DNA from: a bacterium
GTDB taxonomy: Bacteria; Patescibacteriota; SICC01
Assembly: GCA_030699935.1 (NCBI GenBank)
Contig: JAUYKS010000002.1
Location: 81 to 64,080, forward strand
Length of the DNA: 64,000 nt
Direction of reading: 5' to 3'
Made by a program: the position numbers and the translations under genes. A model generated the notes under the pieces. That model was not told where the DNA came from. It made no database searches and worked only from the letters and a program-made list of their open reading frames with translations. This document shows, in pieces, positions 36,498-45,606 of the stretch (position 1 is its first letter; each line of letters begins with the position of its first letter).

Positions 36498-37307
36498 TTA
36501 TGTTTCTGGAATGACTCGTGTCTGAGTACCCAAAACGGCCGTTTCCCCCGGCTCGATGGTGAGCCTTTCTTTCGGGTCATCCAGATCTTTCGCCCGGAAC
36601 CGCGGCTCAATGCACACGAAGTCCCGTCCCGGCTCAGTCCACAGCGTCCAGAAAGGGAATCCCTCCGAAACGAGCTGGACCGTTCCCGTGCCGGGAATGT
36701 GAGCATGGACGACTTCTTGGCTGTCGTAGGTTTCGCTTTGGTCATGACTGAAGACACCAGATGAGTAGTCCTCGAAGTCAATCTCAATGTCACGCTTGCG
36801 AGCGTCTTCCACTCGGAAGTACGGATGGAATCCGGGAGCCAACGGCATCGGCTCGGTGCCGCGGTTTTCAACTTCCAGCCGTTGTATCAATCCCGAGTCT
36901 ATCGTCGTCACTGAGTATCGAGCTCGGAACGGGTATCGGTATATCGCCGCAGTCTTCTCGTTGGATTCCAAGGCGAGTACTATCCCACGTTCGTCACTTT
37001 GCTCAACGGCCCATGGCAGGTCACGACCGAACCCATGCTGCGGTAGTTCGACGCCGGGCAGTTCGCGCTCGAACTTTCCGGCGATCGGGAATAGGATCGG
37101 ACAACCGCCCCGCCGCGACCCGTAGCGTTGCGTGTCAGGAAAGTAGATATCGTTGCCGCCGACTTTCCATTCCGTGACCAAAGCGCCACCGCGCGGCTCA
37201 TCGTCGGCCGGCTTGACCACGGCGCGCGAGTTTCCTGATTCCAGGACTATCTCGGTGGAATCGGTGAACTGCTCACTTTTTGGAACGCCTGATTGTCGCT
37301 TGGTCAT
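36498..37307 (-). CDS. aldose 1-epimerase family protein (hexose-6-phosphate mutarotase-like)
   Basis: 269 aa; ..GGCPILFPIAGKF..LPQHGFGRDLPW..GFHPYF.. pattern of galactose mutarotase-like fold proteins. Confidence 0.6.
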   Translation of the reverse strand: MTKRQSGVPKSEQFTDSTEIVLESGNSRAVVKPADDEPRGGALVTEWKVGGNDIYFPDTQRYGSRRGGCPILFPIAGKFERELPGVELPQHGFGRDLPWAVEQSDERGIVLALESNEKTAAIYRYPFRARYSVTTIDSGLIQRLEVENRGTEPMPLAPGFHPYFRVEDARKRDIEIDFEDYSSGVFSHDQSETYDSQEVVHAHIPGTGTVQLVSEGFPFWTLWTEPGRDFVCIEPRFRAKDLDDPKERLTIEPGETAVLGTQTRVIPET

Positions 37308-37364
37308 AACGGAGAATTATACCATCTGTATGACTATATTTCAAGTCAACAAAGGCACTTTTAC

Positions 37365-39275
37365 TTAGACTGGCGGTTTCCGACGGGCGCGGCCCTCACG
37401 GCTGTCGACCGCGGACTTCGATTTGCCCTTCGACGCACCCTTCGACTTTTTCCGCGGCGCGGTTTCCTCCAGCGTCAACGCGGTCTGGATGATCGCGATG
37501 TGCGTGTACGCCTGCGGGAAGTTCCCAGTGAGCTCGCCGGTGGCGGGGTCGATGTTCTCCGAGAACAGGCCCAAGTGGTTGGCGTGCTCCAGGATCAGCT
37601 CGAACCGGCGCCGCGCCTCGTCGTATTCGCCCTGCATTGCCAGCACCTGGGCCAGCCAGAGATTGCAGATGATCATCGCCGCCTTGGTCTCGCCCTGGTC
37701 GTCGACCATGTTGTAGCGCCGGATGAAGTCCCCGCTGGAAAGCTCCTTGATGATCCGCTTTACCGTCTTCTTCATCTTCGGATCCTTGGCGCTCAGGAAC
37801 CCGAACAGCGGCATGTGCAGGATCGCCGCGTCCATCTCGTCGCGCTCGTAGGCGATCGTGAACGACTGCTTCTCCTTGTTCCAGCCGTGGGTCATCACGT
37901 CGTCGTGGATCTCGTCGCGGACCTTTTCCCAGCGCTTCGCCTTCTCGTCGTCCTTCATCCGTCGCGCCAGCCGGACGCCACGATCGACCGCCACCCAGGC
38001 CTGCACCTTCGAAGCGGTGTAGTTGAGCTTGAACTTCTCGTCGTAGAGCTCCCAGATACCGTTGTCGGGTTCCCTCCAGAACTTGCAGATCACCTCGACC
38101 AGGTCGGACAGCGTGCTCCACATGTCCGGCGAGAGGTAGTGCTTCTCCTCGAAGACGACCGCCGCGATGTCGATCACCTCGCCGAAGGCGTCCAGCTGCA
38201 ACTGGTTGGCGGCGCGGTTGCCGACCCGCACCGGCACGCTGTTCTTGTATCCGGCCAGGTGGTCGAGCTCGAGCTCGGTCATCTCCTCGGTGCCGTCGAC
38301 GCGGTACATGATCTGGATCTCCGGGCTGCCGTGCGAGATCGTCTCGCGCAGGAAGTGCATGAACGCCAGCGCCTCGGCGAACAGCCCGACCCGGAACAGC
38401 GCGTCCACCGTGAACGAGGCGTCGCGCAGCCAGCAGTAGCGGTAGTCCCAGGTGCGGTTGGTGCCGATGTCCTCCGGAATGGAAGTCGTGGCGGCCGCCA
38501 CCACGGCGCCGGACGGCGCGTAGGTCAGGAGCTTGAGCGCCAAGGCCGAGCGCTTCACCGGCTCGAGGTACGGGCCGCTGTACTCGAGCTTCCACAGCCA
38601 CTGCCGCCAGAAGTGCGTCGTCTTGTCGAGCACCTCCGAGTTGTCGACGTTCCCGTCGAACTGCGAGACGTCGAAAAGGTTCTTGCGGTAACCGAGCACG
38701 AGGTCGATCGTCTCGCCCTCCTTCATGGCGAATACCTTCGCGAGGTGGTCGGACTTCTCCTCGTAGGCGTCCACCAGCGGGGCGCTGCAGGAAAGGATGA
38801 AGGTCTGGCCCTCGCCGCGGGCCAGCCAGACGCCGCTGCGGAACTCGAACTTCGGCTTGGTGCGCGCGTAGTCGAAGGCCGGCTCCATGATCATCTCGAC
38901 GTCGGCTTTGCCGCGGATCACCTTCACGCGGCGGCAGAGACGCTGCAGGGGGCGGGTGCGGTACGGTTCGGCGAAGATCGGCATGAAGTCGGTGACCTCG
39001 ACCTCGGCCTCGTCCGAGACGAAGCTGGTCACCAGGATGTTGGTGTCCTCGAGGTAGTTCTGCTTCGACCAGAACTTGGTGCCGACCGGCTTCAGCGAGA
39101 AGAAGCCACCCTGCTTGGCGTCGAGCATCCGGCCGAACGCGGACGGCGAATCGAACCGCGGGAAACAGAACCAGTCGATGCTGGCGTCCTTGCTGACCAG
39201 CGCCGCCGTCTCGCAGTTGCCGATGATGCCGTAATCGAGGCCGGCCGTCGTCTGTGCCTTTTTGGTCTTAGCCAT
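37365..39275 (-). CDS. glycoside hydrolase family 15 (glucoamylase/trehalase-like)
   Basis: 636 aa; N-terminal YGIIGNCETAALVSKDASIDWFCFPRFDSPSAFGRML and (alpha/alpha)6 catalytic region ..WDYRYCWLRDASFTV.. typical of GH15. Confidence 0.8.
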   Translation of the reverse strand: MAKTKKAQTTAGLDYGIIGNCETAALVSKDASIDWFCFPRFDSPSAFGRMLDAKQGGFFSLKPVGTKFWSKQNYLEDTNILVTSFVSDEAEVEVTDFMPIFAEPYRTRPLQRLCRRVKVIRGKADVEMIMEPAFDYARTKPKFEFRSGVWLARGEGQTFILSCSAPLVDAYEEKSDHLAKVFAMKEGETIDLVLGYRKNLFDVSQFDGNVDNSEVLDKTTHFWRQWLWKLEYSGPYLEPVKRSALALKLLTYAPSGAVVAAATTSIPEDIGTNRTWDYRYCWLRDASFTVDALFRVGLFAEALAFMHFLRETISHGSPEIQIMYRVDGTEEMTELELDHLAGYKNSVPVRVGNRAANQLQLDAFGEVIDIAAVVFEEKHYLSPDMWSTLSDLVEVICKFWREPDNGIWELYDEKFKLNYTASKVQAWVAVDRGVRLARRMKDDEKAKRWEKVRDEIHDDVMTHGWNKEKQSFTIAYERDEMDAAILHMPLFGFLSAKDPKMKKTVKRIIKELSSGDFIRRYNMVDDQGETKAAMIICNLWLAQVLAMQGEYDEARRRFELILEHANHLGLFSENIDPATGELTGNFPQAYTHIAIIQTALTLEETAPRKKSKGASKGKSKSAVDSREGRARRKPPV

Positions 39276-39321
39276 ACCGCGCTATGTTACCGCGAAGCCG
39301 CGGTTGATTAGAAGCACCCAA

Positions 39322-40650
39322 TCATTGTCTGATCAACGCTAGCACCTCGTCGCGCTTGGCTTCCATCAATGCCTGTGACTTCGCCTCGAGGGTGAGGCGG
39401 ACCAGGGGTTGGGTGTCGGACGGGCGCACCACGAAATGCCAATCGGGGTAGCGGACGGCAAGTCCCGAAAGCTCGCTGTAAACGGCGTCACCATGGATCT
39501 GACGCACCCTATCCAGTACCGCGGCAGGATTCTCAACTTTGGAATTGATTTCACCTGAAAGGTAATACTTCCCCTCGAACTCCTTGACCTTCTCTGACAG
39601 GAGACCGTCGAGCAGGCTTACATATTGCAACATGGTCAGCCCGGCCAGGAGGCCCGAGTCGGCGTACCAGAAGTCCTTGAAGTAGAAGTGTCCCGACACC
39701 TCGCCGCCGAAGACGATCTTGTGTTTTGCCATTTCTTCTTTTATGTAGACGTGGCCCGGCTTCCAGATGTGCGGGATGCCGCCGTGGGCTTTGATCGTAT
39801 CGGGGACCGCATCGGAGGCGCGCACGTCGTAAAGAATTTCCGCGCCGGAATTCTTGTGCAATTGGGCGATGGCTAAGAGCGCTGTCATCCAATCGCCCGG
39901 CACTGCCATGCCCCGATCGTCCACGGCCAGGCAGCGGTCGCCGTCGGGATCGAAGATCAGGCCGAGGTCGGCGCCGGTCTCCTTGACCTTGGCCTCGAGC
40001 ATCTCCTTGCTCTCGGGTTGGATGACGTCATTGATGTGGTTTGGGAAGTTACCGTCCGGTTCAAAGCAGAGTTCGATCGTTTCTATCGGCAACCGCGCCT
40101 CGAGTTTGCGCCACACGGCACCTTGCGCACCGTTGCTGGTGTCGACCACCACCTTGAGCGGCTTGATCGTGTCCGGCGGCACCAGTTCCAATGCCTTATG
40201 GATGAATGCGTCAGTGACGGACTCCTTGGTGACGGAGCCGGTCGTCTTCGCGTCGGGGTAGGTCGGGCCGATTACCTTGGCGTAGAACTCCTTCGCGAGC
40301 AGGAAGTAGGGGAAGTCCCGCACCATCTTGAACCCGTTGTCCTTGGCCGCATTGTGCGAGGCGGTCACCATGATTCCGGGCAGGTCCTTGGAGCCGCAGG
40401 CGAAGTAGAATTCGTCGGTCGAGACTTGGCCGATGTCGACCACGTCGACGCCGGATTTGGTCAACCCGGTGACGACGGCCTGGCGGAATTCCGGGCCGGT
40501 CAAGCGGACGTCCCGTCCGACGACGGCCGTCTTCGGCTTCACTTCGGCCGCGAAGGCACGGCCGACTTGTTCGGCCGCCTCGGCGTCCAGTTGGTCGGGG
40601 ACGACTCCCCGGATGTCGTACGCTTTGAATATTTCTTTTGCCGCGCGCAT
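39322..40650 (-). CDS. phosphomannomutase/phosphoglucomutase
   Basis: ..KAYDIRGVV.., active-site TASHNAAKDNGFK, ..GGEVSGHFYF..; 442 aa alpha-D-phosphohexomutase. Confidence 0.85.
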   Translation of the reverse strand: MRAAKEIFKAYDIRGVVPDQLDAEAAEQVGRAFAAEVKPKTAVVGRDVRLTGPEFRQAVVTGLTKSGVDVVDIGQVSTDEFYFACGSKDLPGIMVTASHNAAKDNGFKMVRDFPYFLLAKEFYAKVIGPTYPDAKTTGSVTKESVTDAFIHKALELVPPDTIKPLKVVVDTSNGAQGAVWRKLEARLPIETIELCFEPDGNFPNHINDVIQPESKEMLEAKVKETGADLGLIFDPDGDRCLAVDDRGMAVPGDWMTALLAIAQLHKNSGAEILYDVRASDAVPDTIKAHGGIPHIWKPGHVYIKEEMAKHKIVFGGEVSGHFYFKDFWYADSGLLAGLTMLQYVSLLDGLLSEKVKEFEGKYYLSGEINSKVENPAAVLDRVRQIHGDAVYSELSGLAVRYPDWHFVVRPSDTQPLVRLTLEAKSQALMEAKRDEVLALIRQ

Positions 40651-40744
40651 GAACGCATTGTATCAGCCGGTAGTAATCAGATAAAACCGCTTGACAAAGC
40701 GGATTATTGAGCATATCGTCACTAGCTAACGTTCTGGGAGGGAC

Positions 40745-41146
40745 ATGAAGCGAGACATCATCAGGAAGCGAAAATTCCGGCAGACACCGTTCGAGGTAAG
40801 CAGCGCGTATGTGCGCCAGCATCTCGTCGGCTTGCTCCGGCTGACGGAGGAACTCCGCGTCGGCTACGAGACGTATCCGCGCCTGCAGGCGGTCGTCGAT
40901 CGGGAGGCCTGGGAGCAGCTCACCGACGTGCCGTACCGGCAGTTGCTCGATCTCAACCTGCACCCCCGCGACCGGGCGCTCCGCGACGCGGCGGCCAAGA
41001 ACATTCTGCGGCTCGAGGACCTGGCGGCATCGCTGCTGGTGCGCGATCGCTCCGGACTCAACGATTCCGTCACCCGCGTGCTCCGCTACCGGATCGAGAA
41101 CGGGCTGGCGACCGCTGACGCAGCGACCAGAGAGGACCGGGGATGA
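40745..41146 (+). CDS. hypothetical protein
   Basis: 133-aa ORF, Arg-rich, no recognised motif; its stop overlaps the start of a 49-aa ORF (ATGA). Confidence 0.35.
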   Translation: MKRDIIRKRKFRQTPFEVSSAYVRQHLVGLLRLTEELRVGYETYPRLQAVVDREAWEQLTDVPYRQLLDLNLHPRDRALRDAAAKNILRLEDLAASLLVRDRSGLNDSVTRVLRYRIENGLATADAATREDRG

Positions 41147-41292
41147 ACTTCATCGTCAAGGAGTACGATCCGATCGAGGACGCGCTGCAACGGTTCCTTA
41201 AGTTCAACGCCACGCCTGCGCACGAGCGGGAAATCAGCGAGGACGATCTGATCTCGCTGGTCGTCCATCGCGTCAAGAACGCCGGGCGCTAA
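41143..41292 (+). CDS. small hypothetical protein (49 aa)
   Basis: MNFIVKEYDPIEDALQRFLKFNATPAHEREISEDDLISLVVHRVKNAGR*; below the track cut-off; translationally coupled to the upstream ORF. Confidence 0.3.
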   Translation: MNFIVKEYDPIEDALQRFLKFNATPAHEREISEDDLISLVVHRVKNAGR

Positions 41293-41347
41293 GCGTTGAC
41301 GCTGAGCGTTGAGGGCTAGTTTTTAGGTGAGGATTCCGGTGCTCTTT

Positions 41348-41455
41348 CCGGGATTCTGCGGGGGGGTCCGTACACCTTTTTCGTTACTTCCAAACATCTG
41401 CAATCTTTTGCAGATCTTTTGCAGATTCTCGGAAGTAAGCAAAAAGAAGTATAGG
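41348..41455. repeat. conserved ~105-bp intergenic element, copy 2 (palindrome 41376-41446; right arm GGAAGTAAGCAAAAAG has a CG->GC swap)
   Basis: ~95% identical to 10426-10533; lies between convergent genes. Confidence 0.8.
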
Positions 41456-41520
41456 ATTTCCGGAGGTCCTCCGAACGACCTCCGAAGGGCTTCGGGGCGA
41501 GGAACCTTCGAAAAAACCTC
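41455..41520. terminator. cluster of three short GC-rich hairpins between convergent genes (possible bidirectional terminators)
   Basis: GGAGGTCctccgaacGACCTCC, CCGAAGggCTTCGG, CTTCGAaaaaaccTCGAAG; no clear U-tract. Confidence 0.25.
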
Positions 41521-41546
41521 GAAGCTGCCCCCACTCCCTCCCTAAA

Positions 41547-42473
41547 CTAATTGAGCAACTCGCACTCGGCGGCCGAGCCAGTGACCTTCCGCATCCCGGA
41601 CGGCCCGCCTTCGATCCGCTTGCCGCGTTCGCGTTCGAGATCGGCGCAGATCGCGTACCGGGATCCGTCGGAAACGTAGTAATAGTCGCGGGCGTCGGGA
41701 ACCGGATCATCGAGGAACGTCTTCAAGTATCCGTCCAGTGACCGGACGAGTTTGCTGTCAGCGGAAACTGGCCAGACCGAAACCTGCTTCGGGTACGCGC
41801 CCTTGTCGGAGACGTAGCGGGCCAGCGCGGCGCGGTAAGTGGTCAGGTCGCGCTCGCGGGCCACGTCGTTCCGGGCGGAGAAGGCTTCCGCGTCGAGCGA
41901 GATCAACGCCACGGAGATGACACCGAAGTTCGTCTCGGCGCCACGGAGCTCGCGGTCGTTCTTCCAACTGAGTGAAATCGTCGATTCGCCGGCCGGGACC
42001 TCCACCTCGCGCTGGAACACCCACGGCGATTTCCCGCCGGTCACCAGCGAGACCGTCCGTCCGGCGATTTTCCGGCCGTTCAGCAGCACGTCGACGTCGT
42101 ATTCGTATCCCGGCGGCAGCGTGCCCTGGTAGTTCCGGTAGTCGAAACGGAGCTTGTAGCGTCCGGCGTCGAGACTGTTGGAGCGGAAGGTCACCGTGTA
42201 GTTTTTCTTCGCGAAGACGCCGAGGTCGTCGTCGACGCTGACGCAGTCGGAGCCGTCGACCACGTGGCAGTCGAGGAAGTAGCGGCCGGGTGCCGACCAG
42301 GACTTCTGGTCGGACAGCGTCGGCTCGGCGCCTGGCTCGTACTCGCCGCTGGAGGCGAACACCTGGATCGACGCGATCAACGCGAAAGCCGCCAGCGCCG
42401 CCCAAGTGAACGTACCGAGACGGATGCTTCGGAGCTTGTCGTACGGCTTGAATGCCTTCCGCGGTGTTTCCAT
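41547..42473 (-). CDS. secreted/membrane-anchored hypothetical protein
   Basis: 308 aa; N-terminal signal/TM (LGTFTWAALAAFALIASIQVFA); no family recognised; C-terminal ..YYYVSDGSRYAICADLERE.. Confidence 0.4.
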   Translation of the reverse strand: METPRKAFKPYDKLRSIRLGTFTWAALAAFALIASIQVFASSGEYEPGAEPTLSDQKSWSAPGRYFLDCHVVDGSDCVSVDDDLGVFAKKNYTVTFRSNSLDAGRYKLRFDYRNYQGTLPPGYEYDVDVLLNGRKIAGRTVSLVTGGKSPWVFQREVEVPAGESTISLSWKNDRELRGAETNFGVISVALISLDAEAFSARNDVARERDLTTYRAALARYVSDKGAYPKQVSVWPVSADSKLVRSLDGYLKTFLDDPVPDARDYYYVSDGSRYAICADLERERGKRIEGGPSGMRKVTGSAAECELLN

Positions 42474-42594
42474 GTTTCTTTTGATATCTTTCCGTCGCTT
42501 CGAGTGTACCGCTTCGCGAGGAAATTACCGAAGCATACCACTTTTTGGCCTATTTGTCCAGGGTCTAAGCGGTTTTTTATCGTCAGACAATCTG

Positions 42595-42682
42595 CGGAGG
42601 AGGAGGGATTCGAACCCCCGAGACCCTTGCGGGCCTAACGGTTTTCGAGACCGCCCCATTCGACCGCTCTGGCACTCCTCCG
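42595..42682 (-). tRNA. tRNA-Ser (anticodon CGA)
   Basis: Manual fold: acceptor GGAGGAG/CTCCTCC, anticodon arm GCGGT-CTCGAAA-ACCGT, long variable arm, T-arm GGGGG-TTCGAAT-CCCTC. Confidence 0.8.
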
Positions 42683-42716
42683 AGTATTCTTATGATACTT
42701 CAGCGAAGCGTACGCG

Positions 42717-43094
42717 CTAAATGGTAGTGGCGGCAGTGGTTGTCTGCGAAAGTTTTTCGATTACACCCTGAGCCGTTCGCAGGGCTGCGTCCCGGGTATC
42801 GCTATGGTCGATGCCGATGCCCAGCAATTCGACTGCTAAGCCATCGAATTCAGTCTGGCGAGCAAGCGTGGGTATAGCAGCAATCGCTTCTAGTCGGCGC
42901 TCCGTACTCACGTCACCGTTTTTGAGTATTGCTTTCAAGGCTGAGTAAGTACCCATGGGATCGGATTCGATCATCAGGTCACGTTCTTCGGCCCATTCAT
43001 ATGCAGCTTCAGGATAGGCATATGCTTCGCCATCCATCTCGAGTCTCGTTCCCTCAGACAAATGTTGACTGAACTCGTTTTCGAAAGCGCTCAT
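42717..43094 (-). CDS. hypothetical acidic protein
   Basis: 125 aa (MSAFENEFSQHLSEGTRLEMDGEAYAYPEAAYEWAEERD...); sits between tRNA genes; no motif. Confidence 0.35.
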   Translation of the reverse strand: MSAFENEFSQHLSEGTRLEMDGEAYAYPEAAYEWAEERDLMIESDPMGTYSALKAILKNGDVSTERRLEAIAAIPTLARQTEFDGLAVELLGIGIDHSDTRDAALRTAQGVIEKLSQTTTAATTI

Positions 43095-43113
43095 GGATTT
43101 ATCATACTATGTG

Positions 43114-43186
43114 CGTCCCCGGAGAGATTCGAACTCCCGACACCTGGCTCCGGAAGCCAGTGCTCTATCCACTGAGCTACGGGGAC
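43114..43186 (-). tRNA. tRNA-Arg (anticodon CCG)
   Basis: GTCCCCG-TA-GCTC-AGTGGATA-GAGC-A-CTGGC-TTCCGGA-GCCAG-GTGTC-GGGAG-TTCGAAT-CTCTC-CGGGGAC-G. Confidence 0.85.
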
Positions 43187-43209
43187 GTGGATTCGGCTAA
43201 CGCCGAATG

Positions 43210-43282
43210 CGCGCCTGGCAGGATTCGAACCTGCGACTTCCGGCTCCGCAAGCCGACGCTCTATCCACTGAGCTACAGGCGC
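43210..43282 (-). tRNA. tRNA-Arg (anticodon read as GCG)
   Basis: GCGCCTG-TA-GCTC-AGTGGATA-GAGC-G-TCGGC-TTGCGGA-GCCGG-AAGTC-GCAGG-TTCGAAT-CCTGC-CAGGCGC-G; anticodon loop UUGCGGA. Confidence 0.8.
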
Positions 43283-43308
43283 ATCTGCGACACCCGTCAA
43301 TTGTACGA

Positions 43309-43881
43309 CTAAGCGCGGCCTGCTTCCCAATCCGACTTGAGCAGACCGTAGTATTTACTATCCCGGTATTTCTCTTTGAAGTAATGATCTTGCCGCCGGG
43401 TACCTTCGTACTTCATGCCAAGCCGTTCCATCAGCCTCCAAGAAGGTTCGTTCGAAACGTCGCAACCTGCTTCGATACGATGCAGCCCGAGTACCGTGAA
43501 TGCGTGTCGAATCATCGCCTCACTGGCCTCGGTCCCGTACCCTTCTCGATGAAAATCAGGAGATAGCGAGTATCCGAGTTCCGCCTTGTGATTTTCCGCG
43601 TCCATATGCAGATCAAAGACCCCGATTACCTTGCCGTCCTCCTTTAGTTCAACGGCGTAAATCAGATCTCCTTTATCCACCTTGGACGGTATCTCTTCTG
43701 TCAGCCAGCGCAGGCTCTCCGCTTCATTCTTGTGAGGTTCCCATGGCAGGAATTTCGATACTTCCGGCCTTCGCGCGTAATCGAACACGTCCGGTGCATC
43801 GCCGGCTTGGACAGGCCGAAGCAGCAACCGCTTCGTTTCTAGGGGCGTTATCTCAAAGCGCTCTGGCGGTGTTTCACTCAT
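43309..43881 (-). CDS. GNAT family N-acetyltransferase (RimJ/RimL-like)
   Basis: 190 aa; ..LGLHRIEAGCDVSNEPSWRLMERLGMKYEGTRR.. acetyl-CoA binding pattern. Confidence 0.7.
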   Translation of the reverse strand: MSETPPERFEITPLETKRLLLRPVQAGDAPDVFDYARRPEVSKFLPWEPHKNEAESLRWLTEEIPSKVDKGDLIYAVELKEDGKVIGVFDLHMDAENHKAELGYSLSPDFHREGYGTEASEAMIRHAFTVLGLHRIEAGCDVSNEPSWRLMERLGMKYEGTRRQDHYFKEKYRDSKYYGLLKSDWEAGRA

Positions 43882-44477
43882 GTGGTTTCTTTTTCGTATT
43901 CGCTGCGCAGCAGGGAGTACATGTAGACGGTCGCCGGTTCGTCATCGACGATCCAGTATTGCCGCAGCTTGCCTTCGCGGGAAAATCCCAAGGCTTCCAA
44001 GCTTCGTTGGGACCGCGCGTTGGTGGTTCGGGTCATCGCTTGGACGCGGTTAAGCCCGAGCGCCCCAAAAGCGAAATCCAATACCGCCCGGGCAGCCTCC
44101 GCGCCGAATCCCTTGCCGCGCGCTTCCGCAACCAAACCTCGCGCCAACTCACCGCTCTGATTCTTCAGATCAATACTATGCAGACCGACCTCGCCCAGAA
44201 ATTTTTCGGACTCCCTGCTTTCAACAATCCATGAATAGCGACCCGGTTTGAATCCGATCTGTTTTTCAATCCGCTCCTTGATTCGTTCGCGAGTCGCTAT
44301 CTCTGATTTATAGTGGTTCGACGAACCGAAGTAGTCAGCCATTTCCGGATCCTCACTGAATTCGAAAAAGTTTTCCGCGTCCGTCGGGCGAATGTCCCGC
44401 AATCGCAGGCGGGGAGTCTCCAGTTCCGGAAACTCCGGCGGCCTCTCTTGTTCCTTCGGTTCCTCCACGCGGCTCAT
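43878..44477 (-). CDS. GNAT family N-acetyltransferase
   Basis: 199 aa; ..RGKGFGAEAARAVLDFAFGALGLNRVQAMTRTTNARSQRSLEALGF.. (Q/R-x-x-G-x-G/A motif); 4-bp overlap with the downstream GNAT. Confidence 0.7.
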   Translation of the reverse strand: MSRVEEPKEQERPPEFPELETPRLRLRDIRPTDAENFFEFSEDPEMADYFGSSNHYKSEIATRERIKERIEKQIGFKPGRYSWIVESRESEKFLGEVGLHSIDLKNQSGELARGLVAEARGKGFGAEAARAVLDFAFGALGLNRVQAMTRTTNARSQRSLEALGFSREGKLRQYWIVDDEPATVYMYSLLRSEYEKETT

Positions 44478-44487
44478 GTCTTACAGA

Positions 44488-45003
44488 TTAGAGCCGGATC
44501 CAGCGGCTGAGCTTGTCGATGAAGTCCTCGGACTCCTTGGCCTGTTCGGCGAGGTGGTCCTTGAGCGCGTTCTGCACGGCCAACGGGTCGACGTCGGCCA
44601 GATGCACCTTGATCAACGGCTTGAACCGGCTGATGCCCTGCAGGGTCAACGTCTTGGCCGGGGGCTTGTAGATGACCCAGAACGCCTTGAGTTCGCTGAA
44701 AGGATGGAAGCGCTTGCCGACCTGGACGCCCAGCTTGGAGATCGCGATTGCCAGGGTGCGCGGCTTGTCTCCGGCGTGCTGGACGACCACGTAGGTCGCC
44801 AGCGCGAAGACTACCGCTACCAGCCACTGCTGGAGGACCAAGGCCCCCGCCACGAGCAACACTCCGGCCACCAACGCGACGGCGTACCATTTCTTGTTCC
44901 GGTCGTATTCCTCGAACTCCTTGGTTTCCCACGCCAGGATCGGCCGCTCAGAGTTCCGCGGCGCGGTCTTGGCGGGGGCGTTCGACTGCTTTTGCTTAGC
45001 CAT
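44488..45003 (-). CDS. hypothetical membrane protein (2 TM; possible bacterial PH/YdbS-like)
   Basis: 171 aa; Lys-rich N-terminus, two TM helices, then a ~90-aa soluble domain. Confidence 0.35.
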   Translation of the reverse strand: MAKQKQSNAPAKTAPRNSERPILAWETKEFEEYDRNKKWYAVALVAGVLLVAGALVLQQWLVAVVFALATYVVVQHAGDKPRTLAIAISKLGVQVGKRFHPFSELKAFWVIYKPPAKTLTLQGISRFKPLIKVHLADVDPLAVQNALKDHLAEQAKESEDFIDKLSRWIRL

Positions 45004-45139
45004 GGGTTCTAAATAATTGGCTAACTATAGCACTTTTTAATACGTTTGTCAATTATGCTTATCAATAAAGTCATCTGTCCTTTGATTGACCACAACCCTT
45101 GGGGGTGCTACCATCTTGTCACAAATGGCCGTCAGGCTC

Positions 45140-45170
45140 GCCCCCGATTTTCGGGGGCAATTTATTTTTC
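45140..45170 (+). terminator. intrinsic terminator on the plus strand (GCCCCCG-attttC-GGGGGC + TTTATTTTT), reading into the 3' end of the convergent MazF-like gene
   Basis: 7-bp GC stem followed by a T-rich tract on the plus strand only; no annotated plus-strand gene upstream, implying a short plus-strand transcript from the AT-rich region 45030-45120. Confidence 0.45.
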
Positions 45171-45584
45171 GGGCCATTTCCGCATGAGCATCCGGACGAC
45201 AATCTTACGCAAACCGGCGAAATCCTGTTTTTGCATGACGCCGCTCTTGCTGACCAAACGGCGCGAATCATACGCCCGCATCTGCGAGATCACCGCCACG
45301 CTTTCTCGTCCGACGACGTACCGGAACGGAAAGTAGTAGCGTCCACGCCGTCCGGTGGTCGATAACGGGATTCCCAAGAACAATCGCGCGTTGAATTTGC
45401 GCAGGATTACCACCGGCCGAGTGTACTCATCGTGCTTGCCGTCCTGTTCGAAACCGACGTTGACGCCGATCGCCGTCCACCAGATTTCACGCTCGTAAAA
45501 ATACCGAGCGACGACAAGGCGCTCGTTGAGTTGACGCTTACGGACATGCCAACCGTCGTAATCCTTGCGAAAGGCGGTCTCCAT
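45162..45584 (-). CDS. MazF/PemK-family toxin-like endoribonuclease (orphan; no antitoxin gene seen)
   Basis: ..GEIWWTAIGVNVGFEQDGKHDEYTRPVVILRKFNARLFLGIPLSTT...SVAVISQMRAYDSRRLVSKSGVM.. matches the MazF/PemK consensus (RP-V/A-hhh...N..h..hP-L/I-T-S/T....S-V-A/I-h..Q-I/M-R.h-D..RL); ~30-aa N-terminal extension. Confidence 0.55.
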   Translation of the reverse strand: METAFRKDYDGWHVRKRQLNERLVVARYFYEREIWWTAIGVNVGFEQDGKHDEYTRPVVILRKFNARLFLGIPLSTTGRRGRYYFPFRYVVGRESVAVISQMRAYDSRRLVSKSGVMQKQDFAGLRKIVVRMLMRKWPEK

Positions 45585-45606
45585 ATAAGCATGCTAGCAT
45601 ACGATG

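Noticed and set aside
43091-43330. ORFs overlapping tRNA genes (43091..43330(-), 43109..43312(+), 45407..45631(-), 45432..45677(+), 47604..47819(-), 42406..42720(+))
   Set aside because: They overlap well-folded tRNA sequences and have no coding features. They are artefacts of ORF calling.
45126-45188. A 20-codon ORF (MAVRLAPDFRGQFIFRAIS*) on the plus strand within the candidate small transcript, considered as a possible peptide antitoxin
   Set aside because: It reads straight through the terminator hairpin and U-tract and has no SD sequence. It is more likely non-coding, although this is noted as untested.
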